Source: Candidatus Nomurabacteria bacterium RIFCSPLOWO2_01_FULL_39_18 (GTDB lineage: Bacteria > Patescibacteriota > Minisyncoccia > Phycocordibacterales > UBA9973). Taken from it: 64,000 nucleotides of DNA. The first letter of the stretch is position 1, and each line of letters begins with the position of its first letter. Positions 17,968 through 27,078 of this stretch are shown here, piece by piece. The stretch spans positions 911 through 64,910 of the forward strand of contig MFUV01000004.1 in assembly GCA_001787005.1 (NCBI GenBank). Reading direction: 5' to 3'. Both the position numbers and the translations under genes were made by a program. Below the pieces are notes generated by a model. The model was not told where the DNA came from. It did no database searches and was given only the letters and a program-made list of their open reading frames with translations.

Positions 17968-19215
17968 CTATCTGGTTAGTATTTTTAATAATTCTTCCAG
18001 AGAAACAATTTTCCCTTTTTCTTCTGTGCGCTTTTTCAATTCAATTCCGCCTTCCTTTATACTTCGAGAAGATACAACTGCTCGATAGGGTATGCCAAGC
18101 AAGTCCGCATCGGCAAATTTCTCTCCTGGAGATATTTCTCCCCGATCGTCAAATAAAACCTCAATTTTATTCCTCTTTAAACTTTCATAGACTTTATCGG
18201 CTTCTTTTTCAATCTCTGTATCATCTCCTAGGGCAAGCAGATGGACAGCGAATGGCGCTATGGATTCGGGCCAGATAATGCCCTTATCGTCAGCAAGAAC
18301 CTCTACCACGGTGCCTAAAAGACGCCCCACGCCTATGCCATAACAACCCATCAAAACAATGTGTTTTTCGCCCTTTTCATCCACATATGACAAATCAAAT
18401 GGCTTTGAATATTTTGTTTTTAAATCAAAAATGTTTCCAACTTCAATGGCCTTTTGTTCAATTAGTTTTTCTTTTACTAAACCAAGCTGATTTAGAATTT
18501 CGTCGTTGAAAACTTCTTTATTAAGGGCAGTACCGCTAGCCTCATCAATATAAATAGTATCCTCGCCTAGGGGCGTGATGGTCTGGAATTCATGCGAATA
18601 TTTAGAGAAAGTTCCACCCGAAGCGAAAGCCATGTAAGTCAAATGGCCAATACCGACTCTGGCAAAGATAGTTTTGTAAACTTCTTTCATTTTATTATAG
18701 AATTTTTCGAAATCGTCTTTTGATGTGTGGAAGGAATACATGTCTTTCATGACAAATTCCCTACCCCGAAGTATTCCGGATTTTGCGCGAAGTTCCATTC
18801 TAAATTTATTTTGAATTTGATAAATGGAGAGGGGGAAATCTTTGTGGGAAGAAACATAATTTTTCAAAATAGGAACAACGATCTCCTCGTGAGTAGGACC
18901 CAAGGCAACAACTCTTCCGGAAGAATCAGTAACTTTGTATAAATCATCCATCGATTCCCATCTTCCAGTTTTTTCCCAATTTTCTTTCGGCTGGAAAGAA
19001 GACATTAAAACTTCTTGTCCGCCGACAGCGTTCATTTCTTCCCGAATGATATTTTCTATTTTTCGAAGCGTCCGGAGCCCTAAGGGCAAATAACTATAAA
19101 CCCCTGCCATTTCCTTATGAATAAAACCACCACGAATCAGGAGCTCGGCATTTTTTGATACTTCGTCTGCTGGCGCCTCGCGCCTCGTCTTAGTAAAAAG
19201 TTTTGATTGTCTCAT
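17968..19215 (-). CDS. proS: Prolyl-tRNA synthetase, compact form lacking the INS editing domain
   Basis: N-terminus MRQSKLF...YSYLPLGLRTLRKIENIIREEMNAVGGQEVLM is a class-II ProRS pattern. 415 aa. Confidence 0.85.
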   Translation of the reverse strand: MRQSKLFTKTRREAPADEVSKNAELLIRGGFIHKEMAGVYSYLPLGLRTLRKIENIIREEMNAVGGQEVLMSSFQPKENWEKTGRWESMDDLYKVTDSSGRVVALGPTHEEIVVPILKNYVSSHKDFPLSIYQIQNKFRMELRAKSGILRGREFVMKDMYSFHTSKDDFEKFYNKMKEVYKTIFARVGIGHLTYMAFASGGTFSKYSHEFQTITPLGEDTIYIDEASGTALNKEVFNDEILNQLGLVKEKLIEQKAIEVGNIFDLKTKYSKPFDLSYVDEKGEKHIVLMGCYGIGVGRLLGTVVEVLADDKGIIWPESIAPFAVHLLALGDDTEIEKEADKVYESLKRNKIEVLFDDRGEISPGEKFADADLLGIPYRAVVSSRSIKEGGIELKKRTEEKGKIVSLEELLKILTR

Positions 19216-19279
19216 TCACCCATCTTACTCGAAAAAGGTCTTTTGGTCAAAGGAGAAAATAATGTTTCTCAAATAAAAA

Positions 19280-19510
19280 TTATATCTTGTCGAGAATGTT
19301 AAAAAATTCTTCCCAAGAAATTCCAAGTAGCCTGAGGTTGTTTCTGACGATAAACTGGGGTAGTGGGTTATCAATGGGAATTATGATGGGACGAAGTAAA
19401 TCAGAACGCACATACACAAAGTGATCCCCTTTAGATCTTTTAAGAGAACAACCAACATATATTAAAAATTTCTGAAACTGCTTATTCGTTACACTCTGCT
19501 TCTTAGGCAT
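19280..19510 (-). CDS. HicA-family toxin
   Basis: YcfA/HicA-like 76-aa protein (segment KRSKGDHFVYVRSD...). Overlaps the upstream hicB-like gene. Confidence 0.65.
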   Translation of the reverse strand: MPKKQSVTNKQFQKFLIYVGCSLKRSKGDHFVYVRSDLLRPIIIPIDNPLPQFIVRNNLRLLGISWEEFFNILDKI

Positions 19511-19793
19511 AGGAAAGGTTCATCTTTTGAACATAGCTTGAGATAACAACCGGTGGTTGCCAATTTGATTTTATTTTTTGCCAACCCAAACCAGCAAGCA
19601 CTGGATCTACTGTGCCCATTTTCGTAAGCTCTTCAAAGAAAATCGCAACAATTTCTGAAAAACGAACCTGCGCTTTTTTATAAGTAGAAGCCGAGGTAGA
19701 AAGGTCAAGTGCTGGACTATATGCTATATAGCTTTTCCCTTCCTTAAATATTGTAATTGGTAGATTTGTTACCTTCATTGTTAACTTTTTCAT
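19503..19793 (-). CDS. HicB-family antitoxin (UPF0150)
   Basis: Segment ITIFKEGKSYIAYSPALDLSTSASTYKKAQVRFSEIVAIFFEEL. Confidence 0.65.
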   Translation of the reverse strand: MKKLTMKVTNLPITIFKEGKSYIAYSPALDLSTSASTYKKAQVRFSEIVAIFFEELTKMGTVDPVLAGLGWQKIKSNWQPPVVISSYVQKMNLSYA

Positions 19794-19947
19794 AATTTGA
19801 TTATATCACAGAATGGCAATAAGGGAAACAAATATTTTGACTATGTCTTACCTAGTGGTTTTTATTAAATATTTAGGCTAACAATAACATATTTTTTACA
19901 AAACAAAAGTTTGCAAAAAGACTGGTTTTCTGCTAATATAACCCACA

Positions 19948-20021
19948 TGCAATCCCGTTAGAAATTCACTATCGGGACGTATTATTTATAAGGTTAATTA
20001 TCATTAATTTCTAATGGGATG
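19948..20021. repeat. Inverted-repeat element, copy 1, ending at the rpsB start codon
   Basis: Arms atcccgttagaaat (19949-19963) and atttctaatgggATG (20007-20021). A second copy lies at 21574-21655. Confidence 0.5.
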
Positions 20022-20762
20022 CAAAAAGCAGATATTAAGAAAAAGGACGACACTATAATAGAAAAGATGTTTCGGGCTGGAGCGCACTATGGCTATTCCA
20101 AGAGCCGAAGGCACCCTTCTGTTTCGCCATATATATACGCTACAAAGAACAATGGAGACATAATCGACCTTGAAAAGACAAACATCATGCTAGAAAAAGC
20201 AGTTGATTTTGTGAAGTCTCTGGGTGTCCAAAATAAAGTCATTCTTTTGGTTGGCACAAAGCCCGAAGCCAAAGAGGTTATCAAAAATATGGCGGAATCT
20301 TTGAGTATGCCTTACGTTACTACGCGCTGGATTGGAGGTACCTTAAGTAATTTTACAGAAATAAAAAAGAGAATTACCGAACTCGAAAATTATCGCAAGA
20401 ATACCGCGGAAGGCAAACTCGATAAATACACAAAGAAAGAGCGTGTAGTTATGGCAAAGAAGATGGAGAAACTTTCAAAATATTACTCCGGTCTTATTGG
20501 CTTCAAGAAGGCCCCTGATGCATTATTTATCATTGATGGAAAGGCGGAACATATCGCTACTACCGAAGCAAGAAAAGGAAATATACCTATAATTGCCCTC
20601 TCGAATTCTGACTCAAACATTAAAGGCATAGATTACCCTGTAGTTGCCAACGATTCTGGGATACTTTCTATCAAATTTTTCGCCACGTCTCTCGCAGATG
20701 CCTATAAAGCAGGCCTGTCTGCGCAGGCGGGTCAAAACTCTGCGCCTACAAAAGAAGTCTAA
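20019..20762 (+). CDS. rpsB: 30S ribosomal protein S2
   Basis: S2 family sequence (segment HYGYSKSRRHPSVSPYIYATKNNGDIIDLEKT). Confidence 0.9.
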   Translation: MQKADIKKKDDTIIEKMFRAGAHYGYSKSRRHPSVSPYIYATKNNGDIIDLEKTNIMLEKAVDFVKSLGVQNKVILLVGTKPEAKEVIKNMAESLSMPYVTTRWIGGTLSNFTEIKKRITELENYRKNTAEGKLDKYTKKERVVMAKKMEKLSKYYSGLIGFKKAPDALFIIDGKAEHIATTEARKGNIPIIALSNSDSNIKGIDYPVVANDSGILSIKFFATSLADAYKAGLSAQAGQNSAPTKEV

Positions 20763-20766
20763 AAAT

Positions 20767-21546
20767 ATGTCCTCTCCGATAACAACTGAGTTGGTAAAGG
20801 AACTTAGAGATGCTACTGGCGTATCTGTAATGCAATGTAAGCGGGCGCTTATGGAAGCCGAGGGTGACATGAAGAAAGCATTGGCTATCTTGAAAAAGAC
20901 AAGTTCAGATATAGCAGAGAAAAAAGTTGGCCGCGAAGTCAAGGATGGAGCAGTTATGGTGAAGACAGCGAGTAAAAAAGCTGTTCTGGTGTCCCTCCAC
21001 TGTGAGACAGACTTTGTATCTAGGAATGAAGATTTTACTAATCTACTTTCTGGTTTGGCAGACCTAGCCCTCAAAGACGGAATAGAAAAAATGAAGGTGG
21101 AAGCAAGGGATATGATAAATCCTGTGATTCAAAAAACCGGAGAGAATATCCAGCTGGGTGATGTTTATGAAGTAGAGGGTGACACTATTGGAAGCTATGT
21201 ACACAACAAAAAAACAGCCGTTATCGTCAGCCTAGAGGGTGGCAATGAAGAACTTGCAAAGGATATAGCGATGCACATCACCGCCATGAAGCCAGAGTAC
21301 ATAACACCCGGAGACGTAAATGAAGACGCGCGAAAAACGATGACAGAAATTTTCCAAAAAGAAGTTGATAAAATAGACAAGCCCTCCGAGATAAAGAAAA
21401 AGATGTTGGATGGAAAAATCAGCACTTATTTCAAAGAAAAAACACTTTTGGAGCAGCCATTTATCAAGGATGGAGATATGACGGTGGGTCAATTACTTCT
21501 AAAAAACAAAGCGCAGATAAAAGGAGTGAGGCGTTATTCGATATAG
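20767..21546 (+). CDS. tsf: Elongation factor Ts
   Basis: N-terminus ITTELVKELRDATGVSVMQCKRALMEAEGDMKKA, which is the EF-Ts UBA-like domain. The start is taken at the internal ATG of the longer ORF. Confidence 0.9.
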   Translation: MSSPITTELVKELRDATGVSVMQCKRALMEAEGDMKKALAILKKTSSDIAEKKVGREVKDGAVMVKTASKKAVLVSLHCETDFVSRNEDFTNLLSGLADLALKDGIEKMKVEARDMINPVIQKTGENIQLGDVYEVEGDTIGSYVHNKKTAVIVSLEGGNEELAKDIAMHITAMKPEYITPGDVNEDARKTMTEIFQKEVDKIDKPSEIKKKMLDGKISTYFKEKTLLEQPFIKDGDMTVGQLLLKNKAQIKGVRRYSI

Positions 21547-21573
21547 ATTTAAAATAAATTATTATGTATCCCG

Positions 21574-21655
21574 TTAGAAATCATATATGTCGAAACTTCT
21601 AATTAAAAATTATATAACTACGGAAATGCAAAGCATTTCCTATTTCTAACGGGAT
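21574..21655. repeat. Inverted-repeat element, copy 2, ending at the start codon of ORF 21654
   Basis: Arms atcccgttagaaat (21574-21588) and atttctaacgggATG (21641-21656). The internal sequence is unrelated to copy 1. Confidence 0.5.
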
Positions 21656-22061
21656 GTACATCTTTTTAATCTTATTTTTTGTATCACTCATTGGTATTGC
21701 TGTAATGGTTGGACGCAAACTGACACTTGTCAGAAGCGGACAAATTGTAGAAGTTTATCATTCGCACCCATTTATATTAGACTTTGATAAAGTCAAATAT
21801 CGATCCTTTAAGCATGGCAAAAGGATTTTATATCTCATTCTTTTTATAACAATTCGATTCTATGTTAGATCTTCTAATTTTTTAAGGAATAAATATAATG
21901 AGATGAAGATTAAGCTAAAGACTCTGAATAAAAAGGGTGGGGCAAATGGAAATCTTGGAGAAAAAGTTGAGGTTTCTAAGTTTTTGAGGATAGTTTCAGA
22001 ATACAAACATAAAATAAAAGAAATTAAGCATAAAGTGCACGAGGAGGAAAAGAACTCGTAG
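21654..22061 (+). CDS. Hypothetical membrane-anchored, Lys-rich protein
   Basis: 135 aa with an N-terminal TM helix. Confidence 0.35.
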   Translation: MYIFLILFFVSLIGIAVMVGRKLTLVRSGQIVEVYHSHPFILDFDKVKYRSFKHGKRILYLILFITIRFYVRSSNFLRNKYNEMKIKLKTLNKKGGANGNLGEKVEVSKFLRIVSEYKHKIKEIKHKVHEEEKNS

Positions 22062-22104
22062 ATATGCTAGTGTAGTAAGTGGATGATTTTTGGGGGAAAA
22101 TACT

Positions 22105-22180
22105 GCCGGAATAGCTCAGTTGGTAGAGCGCCAATTTTGTAAATTGGATGTCGTGGGTTCGAATCCCTCTTCCGGCTCCA
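22105..22180 (+). tRNA. tRNA-Thr (anticodon UGU), CCA encoded
   Basis: Manual fold. Acceptor GCCGGAA/TTCCGGC, anticodon stem CCAAT/ATTGG with loop TTTGTAA, T-loop TTCGAAT, 3' CCA present. Confidence 0.85.
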
Positions 22181-22184
22181 GCAG

Positions 22185-22874
22185 TTAAGAACCTGTCTTT
22201 GTATCGCCCTCCGGTTTTGCTTCTTGAAGCTTGAAAGACTTCAGTAATCCTTCTTCAAGATCCTCAATACTATGGAAACCGGTTAATAATTCATCGTCGA
22301 GGACGAGCGCTGGAAGCTCAGTGTCCTTTATTTTGTAAATCTGAAGCATCGCTTTCACCGCAGAGAGGTCTATGCTGTAATCAAAGGAATAAACGCGCAA
22401 TTCCGGATATTTTTCACGCAGGCTGGAGAGCACGAAACTCTCGCGCTCGCACAGACTGCAATTCTCCGCAGTGGTATAAAAATAAAGGATAAAAGCAGAC
22501 TTCACCTTGCAACTTTGAGAAATCTTCTTCATTAAGAGATAATCCTTAATCTGCAGGAGTGAGTAATATTTCTTTAAGTAAGAAACTTCTTCCGTGTCGC
22601 CCAGATTCTTCTGCCCCCATTCTAATTTGCGTCCTAGTTCGTCGAGCTCGGACGAGAGCAAGGATCCAGAAACATTCTTGCAAGAAAGCTCTTGTAGAAG
22701 CGAAAATTGTGTCTCCGAAGACAAAATATTAATCGCTATGTTGTCTTGAATTAATTTTATTTGGTTTATTTTTTGATCGCTAAAATAATTACTCAAATAG
22801 CCAGCAGTTAAAAATAGGCTAATGGTAATTAGAAACACGATTAAATATTTCTTCCAATCTATCTTGTCATTCAT
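22185..22874 (-). CDS. Membrane-anchored thioredoxin-fold-like protein
   Basis: N-terminal TM helix and a CSLC (CxxC) motif. No strong family call. Confidence 0.35.
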   Translation of the reverse strand: MNDKIDWKKYLIVFLITISLFLTAGYLSNYFSDQKINQIKLIQDNIAINILSSETQFSLLQELSCKNVSGSLLSSELDELGRKLEWGQKNLGDTEEVSYLKKYYSLLQIKDYLLMKKISQSCKVKSAFILYFYTTAENCSLCERESFVLSSLREKYPELRVYSFDYSIDLSAVKAMLQIYKIKDTELPALVLDDELLTGFHSIEDLEEGLLKSFKLQEAKPEGDTKTGS

Positions 22875-22921
22875 GAATTTTTCTTTATAACTTTATGAAC
22901 TTTATGACTTGAAACTTCGCA

Positions 22922-24175
22922 TTACCTCCAAGAAGGTTTCCTTTTCAGGATTGTATTATAAATCGCCTTCAGAAACCAAAATGGGGCAAGAATGCGAAAA
23001 ATAATTAAAAAATAAAATATATTTGGAGAAAAACTCCATTTTCCTTCTGCCATCTTTCTTCCGAAGATAATTGCGAAAATAACAAAAGAATAGATAAAAA
23101 CAACTAAAAATAAAGCAGAGTGCGTATCCAGAAAGAAAAAATCAGGATTAATAGATTCCGCAGTAAAATGCCATCCCACTGTTCTTACTTGTATAATTTT
23201 TGAATACAAAAAATCACCTAAATCATAGACAATTTGACCGAAAAGATAGCTAACAGCAAGAATAGAAACAATGCCCGTCGGCAGGGTGAAGAGAGCAAAA
23301 TTGCCATATTTTTTCCTAAATAAAACATCTCGGTAGTCTATGGTGTTATTGATGAAACCATAGATCCAGCGAAGCCTCTGCCTATAAAGTTTCTTGATAG
23401 TCCCAGGCGTACTGGTAAAGACAAAAGCGTCATTGCAATGTTCTATCTTATAGTTGTTTTTCTGCATTCGATAGGCAATCTCCATATCTTCCGTATTGTG
23501 CCCATGCCTATAAGGACCCAGGTCATTAAAAACTTTTTTGCGGAAAATAGTGAGAGGTCCGGGTGTCACATTAATAGCGCCTAGAAAACTGAGCATTTTC
23601 TTCATATAAACGCCCATGTGATATTCGGCTTTCTGCGCATTTTGAATAAGATTTTTAGGATTATATACCACAACAGAAGGAGCAACGGCCATGGCACTCG
23701 GATCTTTTTCAAAATAACTCATAATACGAACAAGGGATTCCGGATCAACAAATGAATCAGCGTCAAGCCCGCCAAAAAAATCAGTCTCCGTGTGCAGAAG
23801 TCCAAGATTAAGCGCCGTGTATTTGCCGCCATTTTCTTTTTTAAATAATTTAATATTCGGATAATGTGAAAATTTATTTATTGCATTCCATGTTCCATCG
23901 GTGGATCCATCATCAATTAAAAATATTTTCAGCTTATCTTTTGGATAATTTAGATTGAGTAAAGAACAAACTGTCTTATAAACTGTCGCCTCCTCGTTCC
24001 AGCAGGGCACCACAATCGTTACAGCCGGATACTTAGTAATTTTTATTTTATTATTTCGAACAATTATTTTCCTTCTATTTTCAAAAAAAGTAACGAGGAA
24101 AAACACCTGCACATATACAGAAAAAAAGATTAAAACATAAAAAATTATGTTGGGATTTAAGACCATATTACTCAA
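22922..24175 (-). CDS. Family-2 glycosyltransferase, processive type (membrane)
   Basis: Motifs VVPCWNEE, IDDGSTDGT and the QRLRW (QxxRW) motif, with multiple TM segments. Confidence 0.85.
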   Translation of the reverse strand: MSNMVLNPNIIFYVLIFFSVYVQVFFLVTFFENRRKIIVRNNKIKITKYPAVTIVVPCWNEEATVYKTVCSLLNLNYPKDKLKIFLIDDGSTDGTWNAINKFSHYPNIKLFKKENGGKYTALNLGLLHTETDFFGGLDADSFVDPESLVRIMSYFEKDPSAMAVAPSVVVYNPKNLIQNAQKAEYHMGVYMKKMLSFLGAINVTPGPLTIFRKKVFNDLGPYRHGHNTEDMEIAYRMQKNNYKIEHCNDAFVFTSTPGTIKKLYRQRLRWIYGFINNTIDYRDVLFRKKYGNFALFTLPTGIVSILAVSYLFGQIVYDLGDFLYSKIIQVRTVGWHFTAESINPDFFFLDTHSALFLVVFIYSFVIFAIIFGRKMAEGKWSFSPNIFYFLIIFRILAPFWFLKAIYNTILKRKPSWR

Positions 24176-24241
24176 TTATAACTCAAGTATAACTTAAGAG
24201 TAATATAGCATTTATGGACTGAAACGTAAACAGCCCCCTAT

Positions 24242-24529
24242 TTACATATTTTGTTCAGAACCTTCTACTTTACAGGAAGCGCAGGAGGCGCAAGCAGCCA
24301 TGCATTTTTTGCATTTGCAGCCAATAAGCTTCATGATAGCCGCAACTCCCACTAATAGATAAACGATACCCTCAAGCATCGGCATAGAACCCAATATCAT
24401 ATTAACAACATTCAAATCCTTGTCGATCAACATTCCTACTCCAATCAAACCCCAATTCAATCCCCCAATGACGAGCAAGATCTTCATGATCTTTGAAGTC
24501 ATACATCCGCCCCATTTACAATTGCACAT
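24242..24529 (-). CDS. DUF378-like small membrane protein with a Cys-rich tail
   Basis: Segment LLVIGGLNWGLIGVGMLIDKDLNVVNMILG. Confidence 0.5.
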   Translation of the reverse strand: MCNCKWGGCMTSKIMKILLVIGGLNWGLIGVGMLIDKDLNVVNMILGSMPMLEGIVYLLVGVAAIMKLIGCKCKKCMAACASCASCKVEGSEQNM

Positions 24530-24623
24530 ATATATTTTTTAACTATTAATTATTAATACAGCTATTATACCATAAATCAAATATATGCTATACTGGACAA
24601 ATTAATATTTAATATAAGAAACA

Positions 24624-25370
24624 ATGGAAGAAAATAACACAATGAACGAGGAAGTAGTTATTATAAACAACCCGTCAAATAGCAACCCCAAAAACAGTCA
24701 AACGCAGATTGTCGGAGCTATTATTGTAGCCGGGATCTTGATAGCCGGAGCAATCTTATTGAAAGGAACCAGCGCACCAACAACAACCGGACCAGTTGCA
24801 AACAGTGGAGGAAGTACTTCTTTCCAGGGTAGACCTGTTTCGTCAGACGATCATATACTTGGGAATATTAATGCTAAAGTGATTATCGTCGAATACTCGG
24901 ACCTTGAATGCCCATTTTGTAAAGTATTTCACAGTACAATGCATAGAGTAGTAGATGACAGCGCGGGCAAGGTGGCTTGGGTATACAGACATTATCCTAT
25001 TCCTCAACTTCACCAGAAGGCTTTCCATGAATCTGAAGCAACAGAGTGCGCATGGGAACAAGGAGGAAATAATGCTTTTTGGAAATATACCGATAGAATT
25101 TTTGAAATTACTACCTCCAACGACGGACTTGATGCATTAGAGCTCCCTAAAATAGCCCAATATGTCGGGCTTGATGTAACATCCTTTAATAATTGTCTTG
25201 AAAGCGGTAAATATAAAGAAAAAGTGCAAGCAGACATTGACGATGGTACTAAAGCCGGCGTTCGAGGAACTCCGTCCTCTTTTATTTTGGTAAAAGGCAA
25301 ACTGGTAGATACCATCCCCGGCGCCATGCCCTACGAACAGGTGATGCAAAAACTGAGCGGGATAAAATAA
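24624..25370 (+). CDS. DsbA-family thiol:disulfide oxidoreductase
   Basis: Active site ECPFCKVFH in a thioredoxin fold, with an N-terminal TM helix. Confidence 0.75.
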   Translation: MEENNTMNEEVVIINNPSNSNPKNSQTQIVGAIIVAGILIAGAILLKGTSAPTTTGPVANSGGSTSFQGRPVSSDDHILGNINAKVIIVEYSDLECPFCKVFHSTMHRVVDDSAGKVAWVYRHYPIPQLHQKAFHESEATECAWEQGGNNAFWKYTDRIFEITTSNDGLDALELPKIAQYVGLDVTSFNNCLESGKYKEKVQADIDDGTKAGVRGTPSSFILVKGKLVDTIPGAMPYEQVMQKLSGIK

Positions 25371-25395
25371 AAAAAACTTTGAGCAAGACCGAAGA

Positions 25396-25614
25396 TTATA
25401 AATCTTCAACCCTTAAACCAGTATGTTTTGCAATGCGTGATAACATTTTTGAACCGAGTTCGTCGTTGTTACTGAAAGCCCAGACATAGTTAGTATAACC
25501 CACTCTTTCGAGCACAATATGCGAAGAACTTTTATGCCTTTTTATTTCCCAGCCAATTTTAATTAGAGCCCTAAAAACTTTGCCGGCTTTACTACTTGGC
25601 CATCTTTCGCTCAT
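25396..25614 (-). CDS. HicA-family toxin (second copy)
   Basis: Segment GKVFRALIKIGWEIKRHKSSSHIVLER...LSRIAKHTGL. Confidence 0.65.
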   Translation of the reverse strand: MSERWPSSKAGKVFRALIKIGWEIKRHKSSSHIVLERVGYTNYVWAFSNNDELGSKMLSRIAKHTGLRVEDL

Positions 25615-25835
25615 GACAGTAAAAAGGCAATGCTAGAAAACCCAAGAACAGTGGCGCCTTTGTTTTCTTCCATTTCTTCTGCGAGAACTCGAAGCGCAAG
25701 TACTTCAGCATTTGCTTGAGCCTGCTCAAGAGTGGCACCATACGCAAGAACACCCGGAATTTCAAGAACTTCAGCAATCCACTTGCCATCTGTTTCTTGC
25801 TCTGTTTCTATTGTATATTTTCGTTCCTTTAACAT
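25611..25835 (-). CDS. HicB-family antitoxin (second copy)
   Basis: UPF0150-like (segment KYTIETEQETDGKWIAEVLEIPGVLAYGATLEQAQANAEVLALRV). Confidence 0.6.
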   Translation of the reverse strand: MLKERKYTIETEQETDGKWIAEVLEIPGVLAYGATLEQAQANAEVLALRVLAEEMEENKGATVLGFSSIAFLLS

Positions 25836-25863
25836 AACTACATATTAACATAGCAACACAGTT

Positions 25864-27078
25864 TTAGTCAAAATAGTTTTTTAACCTCGAGATTTTGTCA
25901 TGCTGGCGGAGTTTTTCGTGCACTTTCGCTTCAATTTGACGAATGCGTTCACGAGTAACTCCGAATTCTTCCCCTACCCGCTCGAGTGTATGCTGGATGC
26001 CGTCGAGCAATCCATAGCGCATTTCTAGAATTTTCCGCTCTTTTGGGTTAAGCTCATTTAAAACTTCGCGGATTTGGTCAGAGAGAATTCGGCGAGAAGA
26101 TTCCTGGTCGGGGCGTAAGATTTTATCATCTGGGATAAAGTTCTCCAGTGTTGATTTGTCGTCCTCATCCCCTACTGGTTGTTCGAGCGACACTGTTTCC
26201 TGTGAAATATTTTCAATGACATGAATTTTTTCTACTGGGATGCCCATTTCAGTAGCAATCTCTTCAGCTAGCGGTTCTCGCCCCAAGTCCTGGGAGAGTC
26301 GGCGGTGCGTCTGCTTGTATTTAGAAATTGTCTCCACCATGTGTACTGGTATACGAATGGTGCGAGACTGGTCAGCCAGAGCGCGAGTAATCGACTGGCG
26401 AATCCACCAAGTTGCGTAAGTAGAAAATTTATATCCCTTGGTCCAGTCGAATTTCTCAACTGCCTTGAACAATCCTAAATTTCCCTCCTGGATCAAATCG
26501 AGAAGGGTTAAGTTGGCGGACCTCCCTACATATTTTTTGGCGATTGAAACCACTAGGCGCAGGTTGGCGCGAGCGAGTAAATTCTTCGCTTCCAGATCTC
26601 CATGTTCAATACGCTTAGCAAGTTCTTTTTCCTCATTCCCATGAATCAGCGGATACTGCCCTATCTCCTTGAGATACATTTGAATGGAGTCATGCATCGA
26701 CCCTTTATTCAGATCTTTGTCACTGGGGTCAATATCGAGATTAAGCAAATTCCCTCCTTCCAATACATCAATCCCGGCAACTCCTAGCTTCTCATAAAGT
26801 TCATCTAAAAATAAAATGTTGTTTTCAATATCGGGGAAAGTTTTCAGTATCTCGTCATAAGTGATAAATCCTCTTTTACGTCCTTTTTCTATAAGCCCAA
26901 TCGAGAGATCCGCCATCCCTTGCGCTCGCTTCCCCACCTTAGACAACTTTTTTGCTCTACCTTTAGGAAGAATTTTCTTTTTAGTGATTTTTGTTTTTTT
27001 TCGCCCTTTTATTTTTTTAACTTTTTTTACTTTAAGTTTCTTTCCTTTTTTATTTATTTTTTTATTTTTTGTTTTCAT
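25864..27078 (-). CDS. rpoD: RNA polymerase sigma-70 factor
   Basis: Sigma-70 regions 2-4 (segment [14 protein letters not shown]) and a Lys-rich N-terminal extension. Confidence 0.95.
   Translation of the reverse strand: MKTKNKKINKKGKKLKVKKVKKIKGRKKTKITKKKILPKGRAKKLSKVGKRAQGMADLSIGLIEKGRKRGFITYDEILKTFPDIENNILFLDELYEKLGVAGIDVLEGGNLLNLDIDPSDKDLNKGSMHDSIQMYLKEIGQYPLIHGNEEKELAKRIEHGDLEAKNLLARANLRLVVSIAKKYVGRSANLTLLDLIQEGNLGLFKAVEKFDWTKGYKFSTYATWWIRQSITRALADQSRTIRIPVHMVETISKYKQTHRRLSQDLGREPLAEEIATEMGIPVEKIHVIENISQETVSLEQPVGDEDDKSTLENFIPDDKILRPDQESSRRILSDQIREVLNELNPKERKILEMRYGLLDGIQHTLERVGEEFGVTRERIRQIEAKVHEKLRQHDKISRLKNYFD

Noticed and set aside
20644-20766. Longer tsf ORF starting at 20644 and overlapping rpsB.
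   Set aside because: The N-terminal extension overlaps the rpsB coding sequence in another frame. The EF-Ts homology starts at the internal ATG at 20767, right after the rpsB stop.
25864-26000. Lys-rich N-termini of RpoD and the arginine decarboxylase considered as separate fused domains or low-complexity artefacts.
   Set aside because: Such basic N-terminal extensions are a common compositional feature of Patescibacteria-like proteins, not distinct genes.
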